A stretch of DNA of 64,000 nucleotides from Planctomycetota bacterium. Its GTDB lineage: Bacteria; Planctomycetota; Phycisphaerae; WQYP01. Positions 17,037-26,380 of the stretch are shown one piece after another; position 1 is the stretch's first letter; each line of letters begins with the position of its first letter. The translations under genes were made by a program, and so were the position numbers. The notes below the pieces were generated by a model, which searched no databases, was not told where the DNA came from, and saw only the letters and a list, made by a program, of their open reading frames with translations. The DNA lies in the NCBI GenBank assembly GCA_021851715.1, contig JAJZCR010000002.1:529-64528 (forward strand). Direction: 5' to 3'.

Positions 17037-19961
17037 TTATTCCACCGGCTGGCAGGAACAAAACAGGTGCCGGTCGCCGTAGACATTGTCGATGCGCCCG
17101 ACATGCGGCCAGAATTTATGCTCCTTGAGATAAGCCAGGGGAAATGCAGCTTTTTCGCGGGAATAGCCGTGAGGCCAGGCATCGGCAGCGATGGCGGCGG
17201 CGGTGTGCGGGGCGTTTTTAAGCGGATTATCCCGGCGATCCATCCGGCCGGTTTCAATGTCGCGGATTTCCTCGCGAATGGCAATCAAGGCCTGGCAGAA
17301 GCGGTCCAATTCCGCCCGAGATTCACTTTCGGTTGGTTCTATCATCATCGTGCCGGGTTCCGGCCAGGAAATTGTGGGGGCGTGAAAGCCATAATCCATC
17401 AGGCGCTTGGCGATGTCTTCCACTTTGATTCCCGCGGAGGCTTCAAAACCCCGTGCATCAATAATGAATTCGTGGGCACAAAAGCCATGCTGGCCCTTAA
17501 AGGCAATGGGATAATGGCCGCCCAGCCGGTGGGCCATATAGTTGGCATTCAAAATGGCCACTTCGGTGGCTTTTTGCAGGCCCGCAGCGCCCATCATCAC
17601 GATGTACGCCCAGGGAATCGTCAAGATCAGGGCGCTGCCGTAGGGGGCTGCCGCCACCGGTCCCATGGCGCTGCCGCTGCCGCTGCTGACCACCGGATGG
17701 CCAGGCAGGAACGGAGACAGATGCCGGGCCACCGCAATCGGACCCATGCCCGGTCCGCCGCCGCCGTGGGGAATGCAGAAGGTTTTGTGCAGGTTCAGAT
17801 GGCAAACATCCGCCCCGATATCCGCGGGGCGGCAGAGGCCTACCTGGGCGTTCATGTTCGCCCCGTCCATATACACCTGACCGCCATGTTCATGCACGAT
17901 GGCGCATATATCACGGATATGCTCTTCAAAAACACCATGGGTGGAGGGATAGGTAACCATCAGGCAGGCCAGGTTTTGGTGATGCCGGCGCGCCTTGTCG
18001 GCCAGGTCGGTTAAATCAACATTGCCCCGCTGGTCGCACGCCACCGGCACCACGTGCAAGCCCGCCGTCACGGCGCTGGCCGGGTTGGTACCATGGGCGG
18101 AATCGGGAATCAGGCAAATGTTCCGGTGCGCCTGTCCGCGCGATTGATGCCAAGCTCGAATCACCAGCAGGCCCGTGTATTCGCCTTGTGACCCGGCGTT
18201 CGGTTGCAGCGACACCGCCGGGAAACCGGTAATTTCCGCTAAAAAATTCTGCAACTGGTCAAAGAGCATGGCATAACCGCGGGTTTGATCCGCAGGCGCA
18301 AAGGGATGCACCTCCGCCCATTGAGGCCACGTGATGGGCAGCATTTCCGCGGTGGCATTGAGCTTCATGGTACAGGATCCCAGCGGAATCATGGAACTGG
18401 TGAGCGATAAATCGCGTGCTTCCAGGTGGCGGATGTAGCGCAGCATTTCAGTTTCGCTGTGATACCGGTTAAACACCGGATGCTCCATGAAAGCGGAGCT
18501 GCGGCGCAGGGCCGGCGGGTATTCAATGTCGGCCTGTGTTACCAGATCATCGAGCATAAATGGCAACGCATGTCTCGGGCAGAAGATGTGCAGCAGGGCG
18601 TGAACTTCGGCCAGGTCGGTGCGCTGGTCAAGCGCTATGCCGATGGAACCGTCGCTATAACTTCGCAGATTGATGGACTTGATCCGGGCGGCATCCAGAA
18701 TATCCGCCGGTGAGACGTGGTCGCCGGGCGTTACGCGCAGCGTGTCAAAAAATAAATCGTCGCCGACCTTATGACCCAGCCGGACCAGTCCGCGCGCCAA
18801 TACCGCCGTCCAGGCGTGAATCCGGCGGGCAATGCGCGTCAGGCCGGCAGGCCCGTGATAGACCGCGTGCATGGCGGCCACCACCGCCGGCAGTACCTGG
18901 GCGGTGCAGATGTTGCTGGTGGCCCGTTCGCGCTTGATGTGTTGTTCGCGGGTTTGAATGGCCAGGCGCAAAGCGGGTTGGCCGGCGGCATCACGAGATA
19001 CGCCGACGATGCGCCCGGGAATTTTGCGGGCCAATTCCTGGCGCGTGGCCAAAAAGGCCGCATGAGGCCCGCCGGCACCCATGGGCATGCCCAGCCGCTG
19101 CGTGCTGCCCACCGCAATGTCCACGCCAAATTCTCCCGGCGGGCGAAGCAGTGTTAGCGCGAGAATATCCGCGGCCACCACCACCCGGACCTGATGTTGG
19201 TGGGCCATGGTTACCAGGTCATCAAAACAGTGAATATGGCCGTCGGTGGCCGGGTATTGGAGCAGGATTCCAAAAGTCGTGCCGGCGGGAAAATCCGCCT
19301 GTTCCGGCGGGCCGACAACGGCCTTCAAGCCCAGCGCCGCCAATCGCGTCTGGACCACCGCAATGGTCTGCGGATGGCAATCTTGGGCGATAAAGAAAGT
19401 GTCGCGGACATCATCAGGGCCGCTACGACACATGGCCATGGCTTCGGCGGCGGCGGTAGCCTCATCAAGCAGCGAGGCGTTAGCCAACGGCAAACCGGTA
19501 AGATCGGCCACCAAGGTCTGAAAATTAAGCAGGGCCTCCAGCCGCCCCTGGGCAATTTCCGCCTGATAGGGGGTGTACTGGGTGTACCAGCCGGGATTTT
19601 CCAGCACATTGCGCAAAATTACCGGAGCGGTGACAACGTCGTGATAACCCATGCCGATGAGGCTGCGAAACACCCGGTTTTCGCCGGCCAGTTGGCGCAG
19701 CTTTTTGAGCATGGCCGCCTCCGAGAGTTCCTCCGGCAGGGCCAGGGTAGCTTTGAGCCTGATGCCGGATGGAACGGTGCGATCCACCAGCTCATCAAGA
19801 GATTTCAGGCCCAACTGCCCCAGCATGGCCTTGATGTCGGCCTCGCCCGGGCCCAGATGGCGTGCAAGAAAAGAATCGTCGGCGATGAGGTCGGCCCAAA
19901 CCGCAGCGGATTGCTGTGATGGCGAAGCCTTGCCCGATAGGGTGGCGGAAGCGGATGGCAT
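17037..19961 (-). CDS. gcvP: Glycine dehydrogenase (aminomethyl-transferring), single-chain P protein
   Basis: It is 974 aa with the PLP-lysine motif [19 protein letters not shown], and shows P-protein similarity along its full length by eye. Confidence 0.95.
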   Translation of the reverse strand: MPSASATLSGKASPSQQSAAVWADLIADDSFLARHLGPGEADIKAMLGQLGLKSLDELVDRTVPSGIRLKATLALPEELSEAAMLKKLRQLAGENRVFRSLIGMGYHDVVTAPVILRNVLENPGWYTQYTPYQAEIAQGRLEALLNFQTLVADLTGLPLANASLLDEATAAAEAMAMCRSGPDDVRDTFFIAQDCHPQTIAVVQTRLAALGLKAVVGPPEQADFPAGTTFGILLQYPATDGHIHCFDDLVTMAHQHQVRVVVAADILALTLLRPPGEFGVDIAVGSTQRLGMPMGAGGPHAAFLATRQELARKIPGRIVGVSRDAAGQPALRLAIQTREQHIKRERATSNICTAQVLPAVVAAMHAVYHGPAGLTRIARRIHAWTAVLARGLVRLGHKVGDDLFFDTLRVTPGDHVSPADILDAARIKSINLRSYSDGSIGIALDQRTDLAEVHALLHIFCPRHALPFMLDDLVTQADIEYPPALRRSSAFMEHPVFNRYHSETEMLRYIRHLEARDLSLTSSMIPLGSCTMKLNATAEMLPITWPQWAEVHPFAPADQTRGYAMLFDQLQNFLAEITGFPAVSLQPNAGSQGEYTGLLVIRAWHQSRGQAHRNICLIPDSAHGTNPASAVTAGLHVVPVACDQRGNVDLTDLADKARRHHQNLACLMVTYPSTHGVFEEHIRDICAIVHEHGGQVYMDGANMNAQVGLCRPADIGADVCHLNLHKTFCIPHGGGGPGMGPIAVARHLSPFLPGHPVVSSGSGSAMGPVAAAPYGSALILTIPWAYIVMMGAAGLQKATEVAILNANYMAHRLGGHYPIAFKGQHGFCAHEFIIDARGFEASAGIKVEDIAKRLMDYGFHAPTISWPEPGTMMIEPTESESRAELDRFCQALIAIREEIRDIETGRMDRRDNPLKNAPHTAAAIAADAWPHGYSREKAAFPLAYLKEHKFWPHVGRIDNVYGDRHLFCSCQPVE

Positions 19962-20173
19962 TGTCGTGGAACCTTTCTATGATGCTACGCGGAACGTCAA
20001 ACCCCTGAGATTATAACCGTCTACGCTCGCCGCCGCGATATCGGGCCGGTGGCGGCGGCCGGATGGAGTGGCCGTCGCGGCAGTAAGAAAGCTGCCAGGC
20101 TGCGGTCTTGCGTTGGCCCAGAACATACAGTAAGGTGGCTGGTAAGTGAGTGTTTTATGAGGGTTTTCGTGGC

Positions 20174-20812
20174 ATGAAACTGAAAGATTCCACCCGACTG
20201 GTTTTTATCGGCGATTCCATCACTGATTGCGGCCGCGGGCGGCCCATCGGCGACGGCAGTCTGGGCAATGGTTATGTGTCCATGGTTGACGCTCTTCTGG
20301 TGGCGGCTTATCCGCAGTTGAAAATACGGACTTTCAATCAAGGCACCAGCGGCCACACCGTGCGTGATCTGGCCGCCCGGTGGGATACCGATGTCCTGGC
20401 GCTTAAGCCGGATTGGCTGGTGATCATGATCGGTATCAATGACGTATGGCGGCAGTTTGATAACGCAATTCGTCCGGAATGCGGCGTGCCGCTGCCGGAA
20501 TATGAAAAAACCCTCGATGAATTGATCTCCAAAACACTGCCGCTGACCAAAAACATCGTGCTGATGACGCCGTTCTTCATTGAATCGAGCACCCAGGATG
20601 CGATGCGCAGCCGCATGGATGAATATGGCGCGGCCGTGAAAAAGCTGGCCCACAAGCATGCGCTGACCTGTGTGGATACTCAGGCGGCGTTTAATCACGT
20701 GCTCCAGTCCCGGTACTCCGCGGCGCTGGCCTGGGATCGTGTGCATCCCGGTGCCGCCGGGCACATGCTGCTGGCCCGGGCGTTTTTAAAGAGCATCGGC
20801 TTTGCGTGGTAA
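20174..20812 (+). CDS. SGNH/GDSL-family hydrolase
   Basis: Block I is VFIGDSITD and block V is DRVHPGAAGH. The start was moved to ATG 20174 (MKLKDSTRLVFIGDS) within the track ORF that starts at 20150. Confidence 0.8.
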   Translation: MKLKDSTRLVFIGDSITDCGRGRPIGDGSLGNGYVSMVDALLVAAYPQLKIRTFNQGTSGHTVRDLAARWDTDVLALKPDWLVIMIGINDVWRQFDNAIRPECGVPLPEYEKTLDELISKTLPLTKNIVLMTPFFIESSTQDAMRSRMDEYGAAVKKLAHKHALTCVDTQAAFNHVLQSRYSAALAWDRVHPGAAGHMLLARAFLKSIGFAW

Positions 20813-20890
20813 TTCTGCGGGAACCATTTCTGCCTGGGCCGGGTCGAAGCCGGCCCAGGCCATAGCCCGCCGGGGGGACATGGTGCGTCT

Positions 20891-22498
20891 ATGATGAAGA
20901 AAATTTACCTGGAGACCTTCGGCTGTCAGATGAATGTTCTGGACAGCGAACTGGTGATGGGCCAGTTGGAGGCGCTGGGTTACCAATTCACCCCCGATAT
21001 CCAGGCGGCCGACGTTGTTTTGTATAACACCTGTTCGGTGCGGGAACATTCCGAAAATAAAGTGCGTTCCCGGCTGGGACTGTTGAAAACGCGCAAAGTT
21101 GCTGAGCCGGAATTGGTCGTCGGCGTGATCGGCTGCATGGCCGAACGCGACGGTGCGGGCCTGCTCAAGCGACTGCCGCATGTGGACCTGCTTTGCGGCC
21201 CCGGCGAACTGGACAAACTGCCCACCCTTTTAGACAACGTATTTCGCACCGGCCGGCAGCAGGCGGCGCTGGCCGGAAATACCAGCCGGCGATCGACGAC
21301 GCTCGGCGCAGCACAGGAAGATGGCTTGGAGCTGCTGGATTTATCGCGCAGTTTTTCCCCCACCGAAAGCCAGTATCAGGCGTATGTGCGGGTGGTGCGC
21401 GGCTGCAATAAATTCTGCACTTATTGTGTGGTGCCGCACACGCGCGGGCCGGAAGTAAGCCGCCCGCCGGAGGCCATTATTGAAGAGACCCGCCGATTGG
21501 TGGAGGCCGGTGCGATGGAAGTGACTTTGCTGGGCCAAACCGTTAACCATTATCACTACGAACATTCCGCCGCCTCCGGACCGGATGGCCCCATGAAACG
21601 CCGAACCAGCTTCGCCGAACTGCTGCACCGCCTGCACGAAAGCGTGCTGGAATTGCCGCGGCTGAGGTTTATCACCAGTTTTCCCGCGGATTTCGGCGAC
21701 GATATTCTGCAGGTCATGGCCGATTGCCAAAGAATATGCAAGTATCTGCATGTACCTGCACAATCCGGCAGCAATCGCATTCTCAAAATGATGAATCGCG
21801 GCTATAGCGTGGAGCAGTACGACGCGCTTCTGGAACGGGCCAGGCGCATAGTGCCGGGCATTGCGCTGGCTGGAGATATGATTGTGGGCTTTCCCACCGA
21901 AACCGAGGAAGATTACCAGTTGTCTGCGGCACTGGTGGCACGGTCCAGATATAAAAACTGTTTCATCTTCAAATATTCACCCCGCCCGGGAACCCTGGCC
22001 ATCCGCCGCCACCCGAATGACGTACCCGATGAAGTCAAACGGGAACGCAATCATCATCTGCTGCACGTCCAAAATGCCATCAGCGAAGAGTTGAATCGGG
22101 ATCTGATCGGGCAAACGGTGCCGGTGCTTTGCCAGGGGCCCAGCGGCTGGGTGCGTCCCACGGATTCCATCGTGGCGGGGGCCAGTCATGGTCGCGACCA
22201 TGCCCGGGAGACCGTTGCTTTGCCTGCGGGCGTTCAGGTGGCACCCCAGTTAGGCCCGCGAATGGCGGCGGCTATGCGCGGACGGGCACAGGCTCCGGTG
22301 GCGGCACCTCTGGTCCATCGGTCCCGTAACTTGTCGGATTCTGTGCAGCTTATAGGACGTACCGGTGCAGACCAGATCGTGGTATTTCCCGGGTCGCCGG
22401 AATGGGAAGGCAAGATCGTTGATGTTCGCATTGACGAGGCCCATGCCATGACCATTTTCGGCCATGTTGAGGCGGAAAGTGCTATCGCTCCGGCCTGA
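20891..22498 (+). CDS. miaB: tRNA-2-methylthio-N6-dimethylallyladenosine synthase (radical SAM methylthiotransferase) with an extended TRAM region
   Basis: The N-terminus is YLETFGCQMN, the radical-SAM motif is CNKFCTYC, and the C-terminal TRAM-like region reads LIGRTGADQIVVFPG...GKIVDVRIDEA. Confidence 0.9.
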   Translation: MMKKIYLETFGCQMNVLDSELVMGQLEALGYQFTPDIQAADVVLYNTCSVREHSENKVRSRLGLLKTRKVAEPELVVGVIGCMAERDGAGLLKRLPHVDLLCGPGELDKLPTLLDNVFRTGRQQAALAGNTSRRSTTLGAAQEDGLELLDLSRSFSPTESQYQAYVRVVRGCNKFCTYCVVPHTRGPEVSRPPEAIIEETRRLVEAGAMEVTLLGQTVNHYHYEHSAASGPDGPMKRRTSFAELLHRLHESVLELPRLRFITSFPADFGDDILQVMADCQRICKYLHVPAQSGSNRILKMMNRGYSVEQYDALLERARRIVPGIALAGDMIVGFPTETEEDYQLSAALVARSRYKNCFIFKYSPRPGTLAIRRHPNDVPDEVKRERNHHLLHVQNAISEELNRDLIGQTVPVLCQGPSGWVRPTDSIVAGASHGRDHARETVALPAGVQVAPQLGPRMAAAMRGRAQAPVAAPLVHRSRNLSDSVQLIGRTGADQIVVFPGSPEWEGKIVDVRIDEAHAMTIFGHVEAESAIAPA

Positions 22499-22748
22499 TG
22501 GATAGGACAGGCTTATACAATCATCGCAGCACGGCTAAAGCCTGGCTATCGAGAGCTGGTAATTGCTGGTCCAAAAAAGTTGCAATTTTACCTCTTCACT
22601 TTTCCAATTTTGACTCCTACTATTATTATGGCCTGATCGATACAGGTACTGACATCTCTAAGAGATTCGGTAAAAGTTGGAGGGTTCATCAGCGTGGAAG
22701 CTGGCTTATCTTGAAGATAAGTGCGAGACAGATGCAGGGAGTAGACAC

Positions 22749-23606
22749 ATGTCCGGGGCAAGAGAATCTGATTTACAGCAGTATTTTGCCACATTAAGAA
22801 AGATTCCGCTGCTTACCGCCGAGCAGGAATTGGACCTTGCCGAACGGGTGCAAAACGGAGATTTTTTAGCCCGAGATACGTTGGTGGAAGCGAATTTGCG
22901 GCTGGTGGTGGCTATCGCCCGTCGATTCGTCCGCACGGGCATCTGCCTGCAGGACCTTGTTGCCGAGGGCAATTTTGGTCTGGTTCATGCGGTGGATTTA
23001 TATCAACCTGGTCGCGGCACCCGATTTGCAACGTATGCTAAATGGTGGATTCTGCATAGCATGCAACAATTTATCGCCGCTACCGTCCATCCCATTTGCC
23101 TGCCGCGCTACATGATGCGCCGGATGGCCAGGCTCAACGAGCAATCACGGATGTTTCAGGACATCTGCGGTTATGCCCCGTCCGACATGGACCTATATGA
23201 CCAATCCAGCGACAGTCGTCTCGCTGCTGTGCAGCACGCCTCGCGGGTATTTCGAGTCAGCATGATGGATCATCCGAGCCGGGGAAGTCTGGAAGACACC
23301 ATACCGGATCGTCAAACTCCACGTCCGGACCACGAATTGGAAAGTCGCGAGACCAGCTCCAAGCTGCGGATTCTACTGGATCAGCTTGATCATCGCGAGG
23401 CGACGGTCTTGCGGCTTCGCCATGGCTTCGGCGATGCCCAACCGCTACTGGTGCAGGAAATCGCCGCGATTTGGGGCGTTACGCGGCAGCGTGTGCGGCA
23501 GATTGAAGTGGGGGCGCTGCGCAAGCTGGAATCTTTACTCCACGACGCGGAAGCAGGCCATGCGGGCCGGGTTGATGAAGTTGGCCTGGAAGCGATTCCG
23601 GCTTGA
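22749..23606 (+). CDS. Sigma-70 family RNA polymerase sigma factor (lacks region 1.1)
   Basis: Region 2 reads DLVAEGNFGLVHAVDLYQPGRGTRFATYAKWWI. The region 4 HTH reads EIAAIWGVTRQRVRQIEVGALRKL. ATG 22749 is preceded by GGGAG, and the upstream 250 nt are AT-rich. Confidence 0.85.
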   Translation: MSGARESDLQQYFATLRKIPLLTAEQELDLAERVQNGDFLARDTLVEANLRLVVAIARRFVRTGICLQDLVAEGNFGLVHAVDLYQPGRGTRFATYAKWWILHSMQQFIAATVHPICLPRYMMRRMARLNEQSRMFQDICGYAPSDMDLYDQSSDSRLAAVQHASRVFRVSMMDHPSRGSLEDTIPDRQTPRPDHELESRETSSKLRILLDQLDHREATVLRLRHGFGDAQPLLVQEIAAIWGVTRQRVRQIEVGALRKLESLLHDAEAGHAGRVDEVGLEAIPA

Positions 23607-23674
23607 TGGCAAAAGCGCGGCTCAGGCATCGGGGCGCCCTGCACAGCACCAGCCGCTGCGTATAGAATGGGCCT

Positions 23675-24301
23675 ATGTATATTCCGCCGCCGTTTAACGA
23701 AAGTGACCTCTCGCGAATAGTGTCGTTGGTTCAGGCGAACCCTTTTGGCATGCTCATCACCGCTCCCGAGGGTGCAGCCACGGTCAGCCATCTTCCGCTG
23801 CTGCTGGAGGAATCCGCCAACGGAGAGCTGAAGCTGTGGGGTCACATGGCCAGGGCCAATGCGCAGTGGAAGCATCTATCGCCCACTGAGAATGTGCTGG
23901 CGGTGTTTTGCGGCCCGCACGCCTACATTTCGCCGACATGGTATGCCTCGCCGGGGGTGCCCACCTGGAATTATGCGGTAGCACATCTGCATGGCACGCC
24001 GCGACTTATTACCAGCGACACGGAACTGGCGGAGCTGGTGGGGCGCTTGACGGAAAAATTTGAATCCGCCCGACCGCAGCCATGGTCACCGAGCATGACC
24101 AAAGAACATCAACACAGCCTGTTGGCGATGATCGTGGGCTTTGAAATCCGGGTCACGCATACGCAGGGGAAGTTCAAGCTGGGCCAGAATCGATCGCTGG
24201 AAGATCAACGCCGAGTGGCGGCAGAATTGGCCCGTTCCGGCAATGCTACGGAGGTGGCTTTGTCGAAGCTGATGCAACTTCCGCAGCGCGAAGGGCCGTA
24301 A
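23675..24301 (+). CDS. FMN-binding negative transcriptional regulator, PaiB family
   Basis: The N-terminus MYIPPPFNESDLSRIVSLVQANPFGMLI and the ~208-aa length are typical of PaiB-like proteins. Confidence 0.8.
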   Translation: MYIPPPFNESDLSRIVSLVQANPFGMLITAPEGAATVSHLPLLLEESANGELKLWGHMARANAQWKHLSPTENVLAVFCGPHAYISPTWYASPGVPTWNYAVAHLHGTPRLITSDTELAELVGRLTEKFESARPQPWSPSMTKEHQHSLLAMIVGFEIRVTHTQGKFKLGQNRSLEDQRRVAAELARSGNATEVALSKLMQLPQREGP

Positions 24302-24352
24302 CCGGATGTGCCGACGCACGGCCGCCGCATGGGCGGGGTTGGTTGGGTCTTC

Positions 24353-24532
24353 TTAAGGTTTTTTGCGATAGACATTCAGCCCGATTTTCTCATCCCGGTC
24401 AGGTAACGTCACATTGCCTTCGGTCGAGGCGATGATGATGGTTTTGCCGGAGGCAGAAGGCCCAAATTCCTTGCTCAAATCCACCTTGATGGTCAGAATC
24501 TGGCCTTCGACTTTGATATCCACATTTTTCAT
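24353..24532 (-). CDS. Small hypothetical protein (59 aa), not in the ORF track
   Basis: My manual translation gives MKNVDIKVEGQILTIKVDLSKEFGPSASGKTIIIASTEGNVTLPDRDEKIGLNVYRKKP*. The ATG at 24532 is preceded by GGAGAA. The ORF fills an otherwise empty intergenic gap. Confidence 0.5.
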   Translation of the reverse strand: MKNVDIKVEGQILTIKVDLSKEFGPSASGKTIIIASTEGNVTLPDRDEKIGLNVYRKKP

Positions 24533-24635
24533 CGGATTCTCCTGTGCGCCAAAGCGTGTTTATACAGATTGCCGCCGGTGCAAATTCGGCGGCCAACCAT
24601 TTTCTTTCCGATCATGGCCCTGCATTTTGAATCGC

Positions 24636-25061
24636 CTATTCACCAATGATTTTAACCAGCACCCGTTTGCGGCGTCGGCCGTCAAATTCGCCATAAAAAA
24701 TACGCTCCCAGGGTCCAAAATCCAACTTTCCCGCGGTAATGGCCACCACCACCTCGCGTCCGAGAATGGTGCGTTTCAGGTGGGCGTCGGCATTGTCTTC
24801 ACCGGTATCGTTATGGCGGTAGCGTGAATAAGGCTTTTCCGGGGCTAATTCCTCAAGCCAGTGCTCCCAATCCTGCATCAACCCCGCTTCATCATCGTTG
24901 ATAAATACGCTGGCGCTGATGTGCATGGCGTTCACCAGAACCAGGCCCTCGCTGATGCCGCTTTCAGCCAGAGCCGCTTCCACCTGCGGGGTGATGTTGA
25001 TAAGCGCCCGCCGCTCCGGAATGTTAAACCACAGTTCTTTGCGAAAAGTTTTCATGAGCAT
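24636..25061 (-). CDS. YjbQ/UPF0047 family protein (secondary thiamine-phosphate synthase-like)
   Basis: [51 protein letters not shown] is typical of the family, as is the 141-aa length. Confidence 0.85.
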   Translation of the reverse strand: MLMKTFRKELWFNIPERRALINITPQVEAALAESGISEGLVLVNAMHISASVFINDDEAGLMQDWEHWLEELAPEKPYSRYRHNDTGEDNADAHLKRTILGREVVVAITAGKLDFGPWERIFYGEFDGRRRKRVLVKIIGE

Positions 25062-25187
25062 CCCAATTGCCGCCTGAGACTACTTAGGTCATCACCAATA
25101 TCAGCCACGCTGCTTCCGCCGTTCGGACAACATGCTGTTTTTCGCCGTCGGAACTCCGGCGGATGGGCCGTTTGTCGTTGACAGCCG

Positions 25188-25535
25188 TCACGGAGACAAG
25201 TCATCCGGATTACAAAAGCATCCCGGCAGTGACCGACGAATTGCAGTCAGCCAGTCTCGCCGCTTATCCGCGAATTCATCACTCAATTCCAAAGTGGCCG
25301 CCCATTCAGCATACCACATCGCTGCAACAAAATTAGTGTTCGCCGCAGATACGTCTTCCAGAACGGCGGTGCCGCTAACGGCCTGTCTGAGCACCTCCGC
25401 GGCCTTTTCCAAAATGTCGTTGCGAAATTCTCTGTCGTCTGCCAGTGGGTGTGGCCAAAAGCGGAGCATAAGTTCGGTCAGAAGCTCCGCCTCAAACAGC
25501 CCCGTCAAGGCCAAACTCTGTCGAGCGACGCTCAT
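25188..25535 (-). CDS. Hypothetical helical protein (115 aa), third gene of the MTase/GIY-YIG operon
   Basis: Its ATG overlaps the stop of the upstream GIY-YIG gene (ATGA at 25532-25535). I recognise no motif. Confidence 0.55.
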   Translation of the reverse strand: MSVARQSLALTGLFEAELLTELMLRFWPHPLADDREFRNDILEKAAEVLRQAVSGTAVLEDVSAANTNFVAAMWYAEWAATLELSDEFADKRRDWLTAIRRSLPGCFCNPDDLSP

Positions 25536-26380
25536 TTGGTGTACTCCTTGGCTTGCTTCCCCGCACGGTTATGTTCAGGGTGGCGCGATTTGATCAGTTC
25601 GGTTTCGTAGGCCCGGAGTTCACGGCTGGAAATTTCCAAAGGAAGGGCATGGAACGTCAGCCACGCAGGGCCACGATCTTGGCGGACGGCTATCATTTCA
25701 CGGAAGGACCATGTCTTAACATGATCATTGATTCGGTTGCGAAGGTTATCGGCCTTGCCGACGTAAAGAGTTTTGTTTTCAGCAAAAAAAATATACACCC
25801 CGGGGGCCTCCGGAATCTCTGCGGACATACTTTCCAGATCGTCCACGCGAATTATCCTGCTCTGCGTGGCTCGTAGGATCTGGCCCACCGGCTCGGGGCG
25901 AAGGTTCCTGGTTTTTCGAAGCGTCAAGGCTCGGAAGCGACACTCAAACGCCGGGGCACCGGGCTCCATAAATTGCACCAAAGCGTCAAACTGGCAACGC
26001 CGCTCCGGATTGCAAAGTATCCTGTCGACATTCACATCAAATTGCCGCTCCATTAGACGGGCGGCCTGCCCGACGCAGGTCGAGTATCGGTCGCCGCCAG
26101 GCCACCGCTTCTTGCGAACTTTGGTCGAGAGGCCGGCGAGCTTGTTGGCCTTCCGGAGATTTAGCAGCGTGGTGTTGCAATTTTCCTCAGAAAGCGAAGC
26201 ATTGACCTTGCGGCAGGTGGCAAGAAAAGTCTGATTCAAATCATCATCGCAAAGCACCTGCTCCGGGGAACGGCCTTGCCGGATTTCAATAAACGCTTGG
26301 AGGACGATGGCTTCGGTGGTCACGCGGCGGCCCCCGGAGTCGGCCATTTGAAATTCAGGTAATTTCCGAGAGGCTTCCAC
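25532..26380 (-). CDS. GIY-YIG nuclease-domain protein, paralogous to the C-terminal half of the adjacent methyltransferase
   Basis: The C-terminus reads GVYIFFAENKTLYVGKADNLRNRINDH ... AYETELIKSRHPEHN (GIY, YVG, R, E and N all present). The track start at 26380 is a GTG; ATG 26347 is an alternative. Either start overlaps the MTase 3' end. Confidence 0.75.
   Translation of the reverse strand: MEASRKLPEFQMADSGGRRVTTEAIVLQAFIEIRQGRSPEQVLCDDDLNQTFLATCRKVNASLSEENCNTTLLNLRKANKLAGLSTKVRKKRWPGGDRYSTCVGQAARLMERQFDVNVDRILCNPERRCQFDALVQFMEPGAPAFECRFRALTLRKTRNLRPEPVGQILRATQSRIIRVDDLESMSAEIPEAPGVYIFFAENKTLYVGKADNLRNRINDHVKTWSFREMIAVRQDRGPAWLTFHALPLEISSRELRAYETELIKSRHPEHNRAGKQAKEYTK

Noticed and set aside
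19962-20150. A possible glycine riboswitch in the gcvP leader. An AATCTCAGG core and a TTATAAT -10-like box lie on the minus strand around 20010-20016.
   Set aside because: Only the short CTCAGG element resembles the glycine aptamer consensus. The ACCGAAGGGGCAA-type and GGAGAG elements were not found by eye. It needs an Infernal/Rfam scan before any claim.
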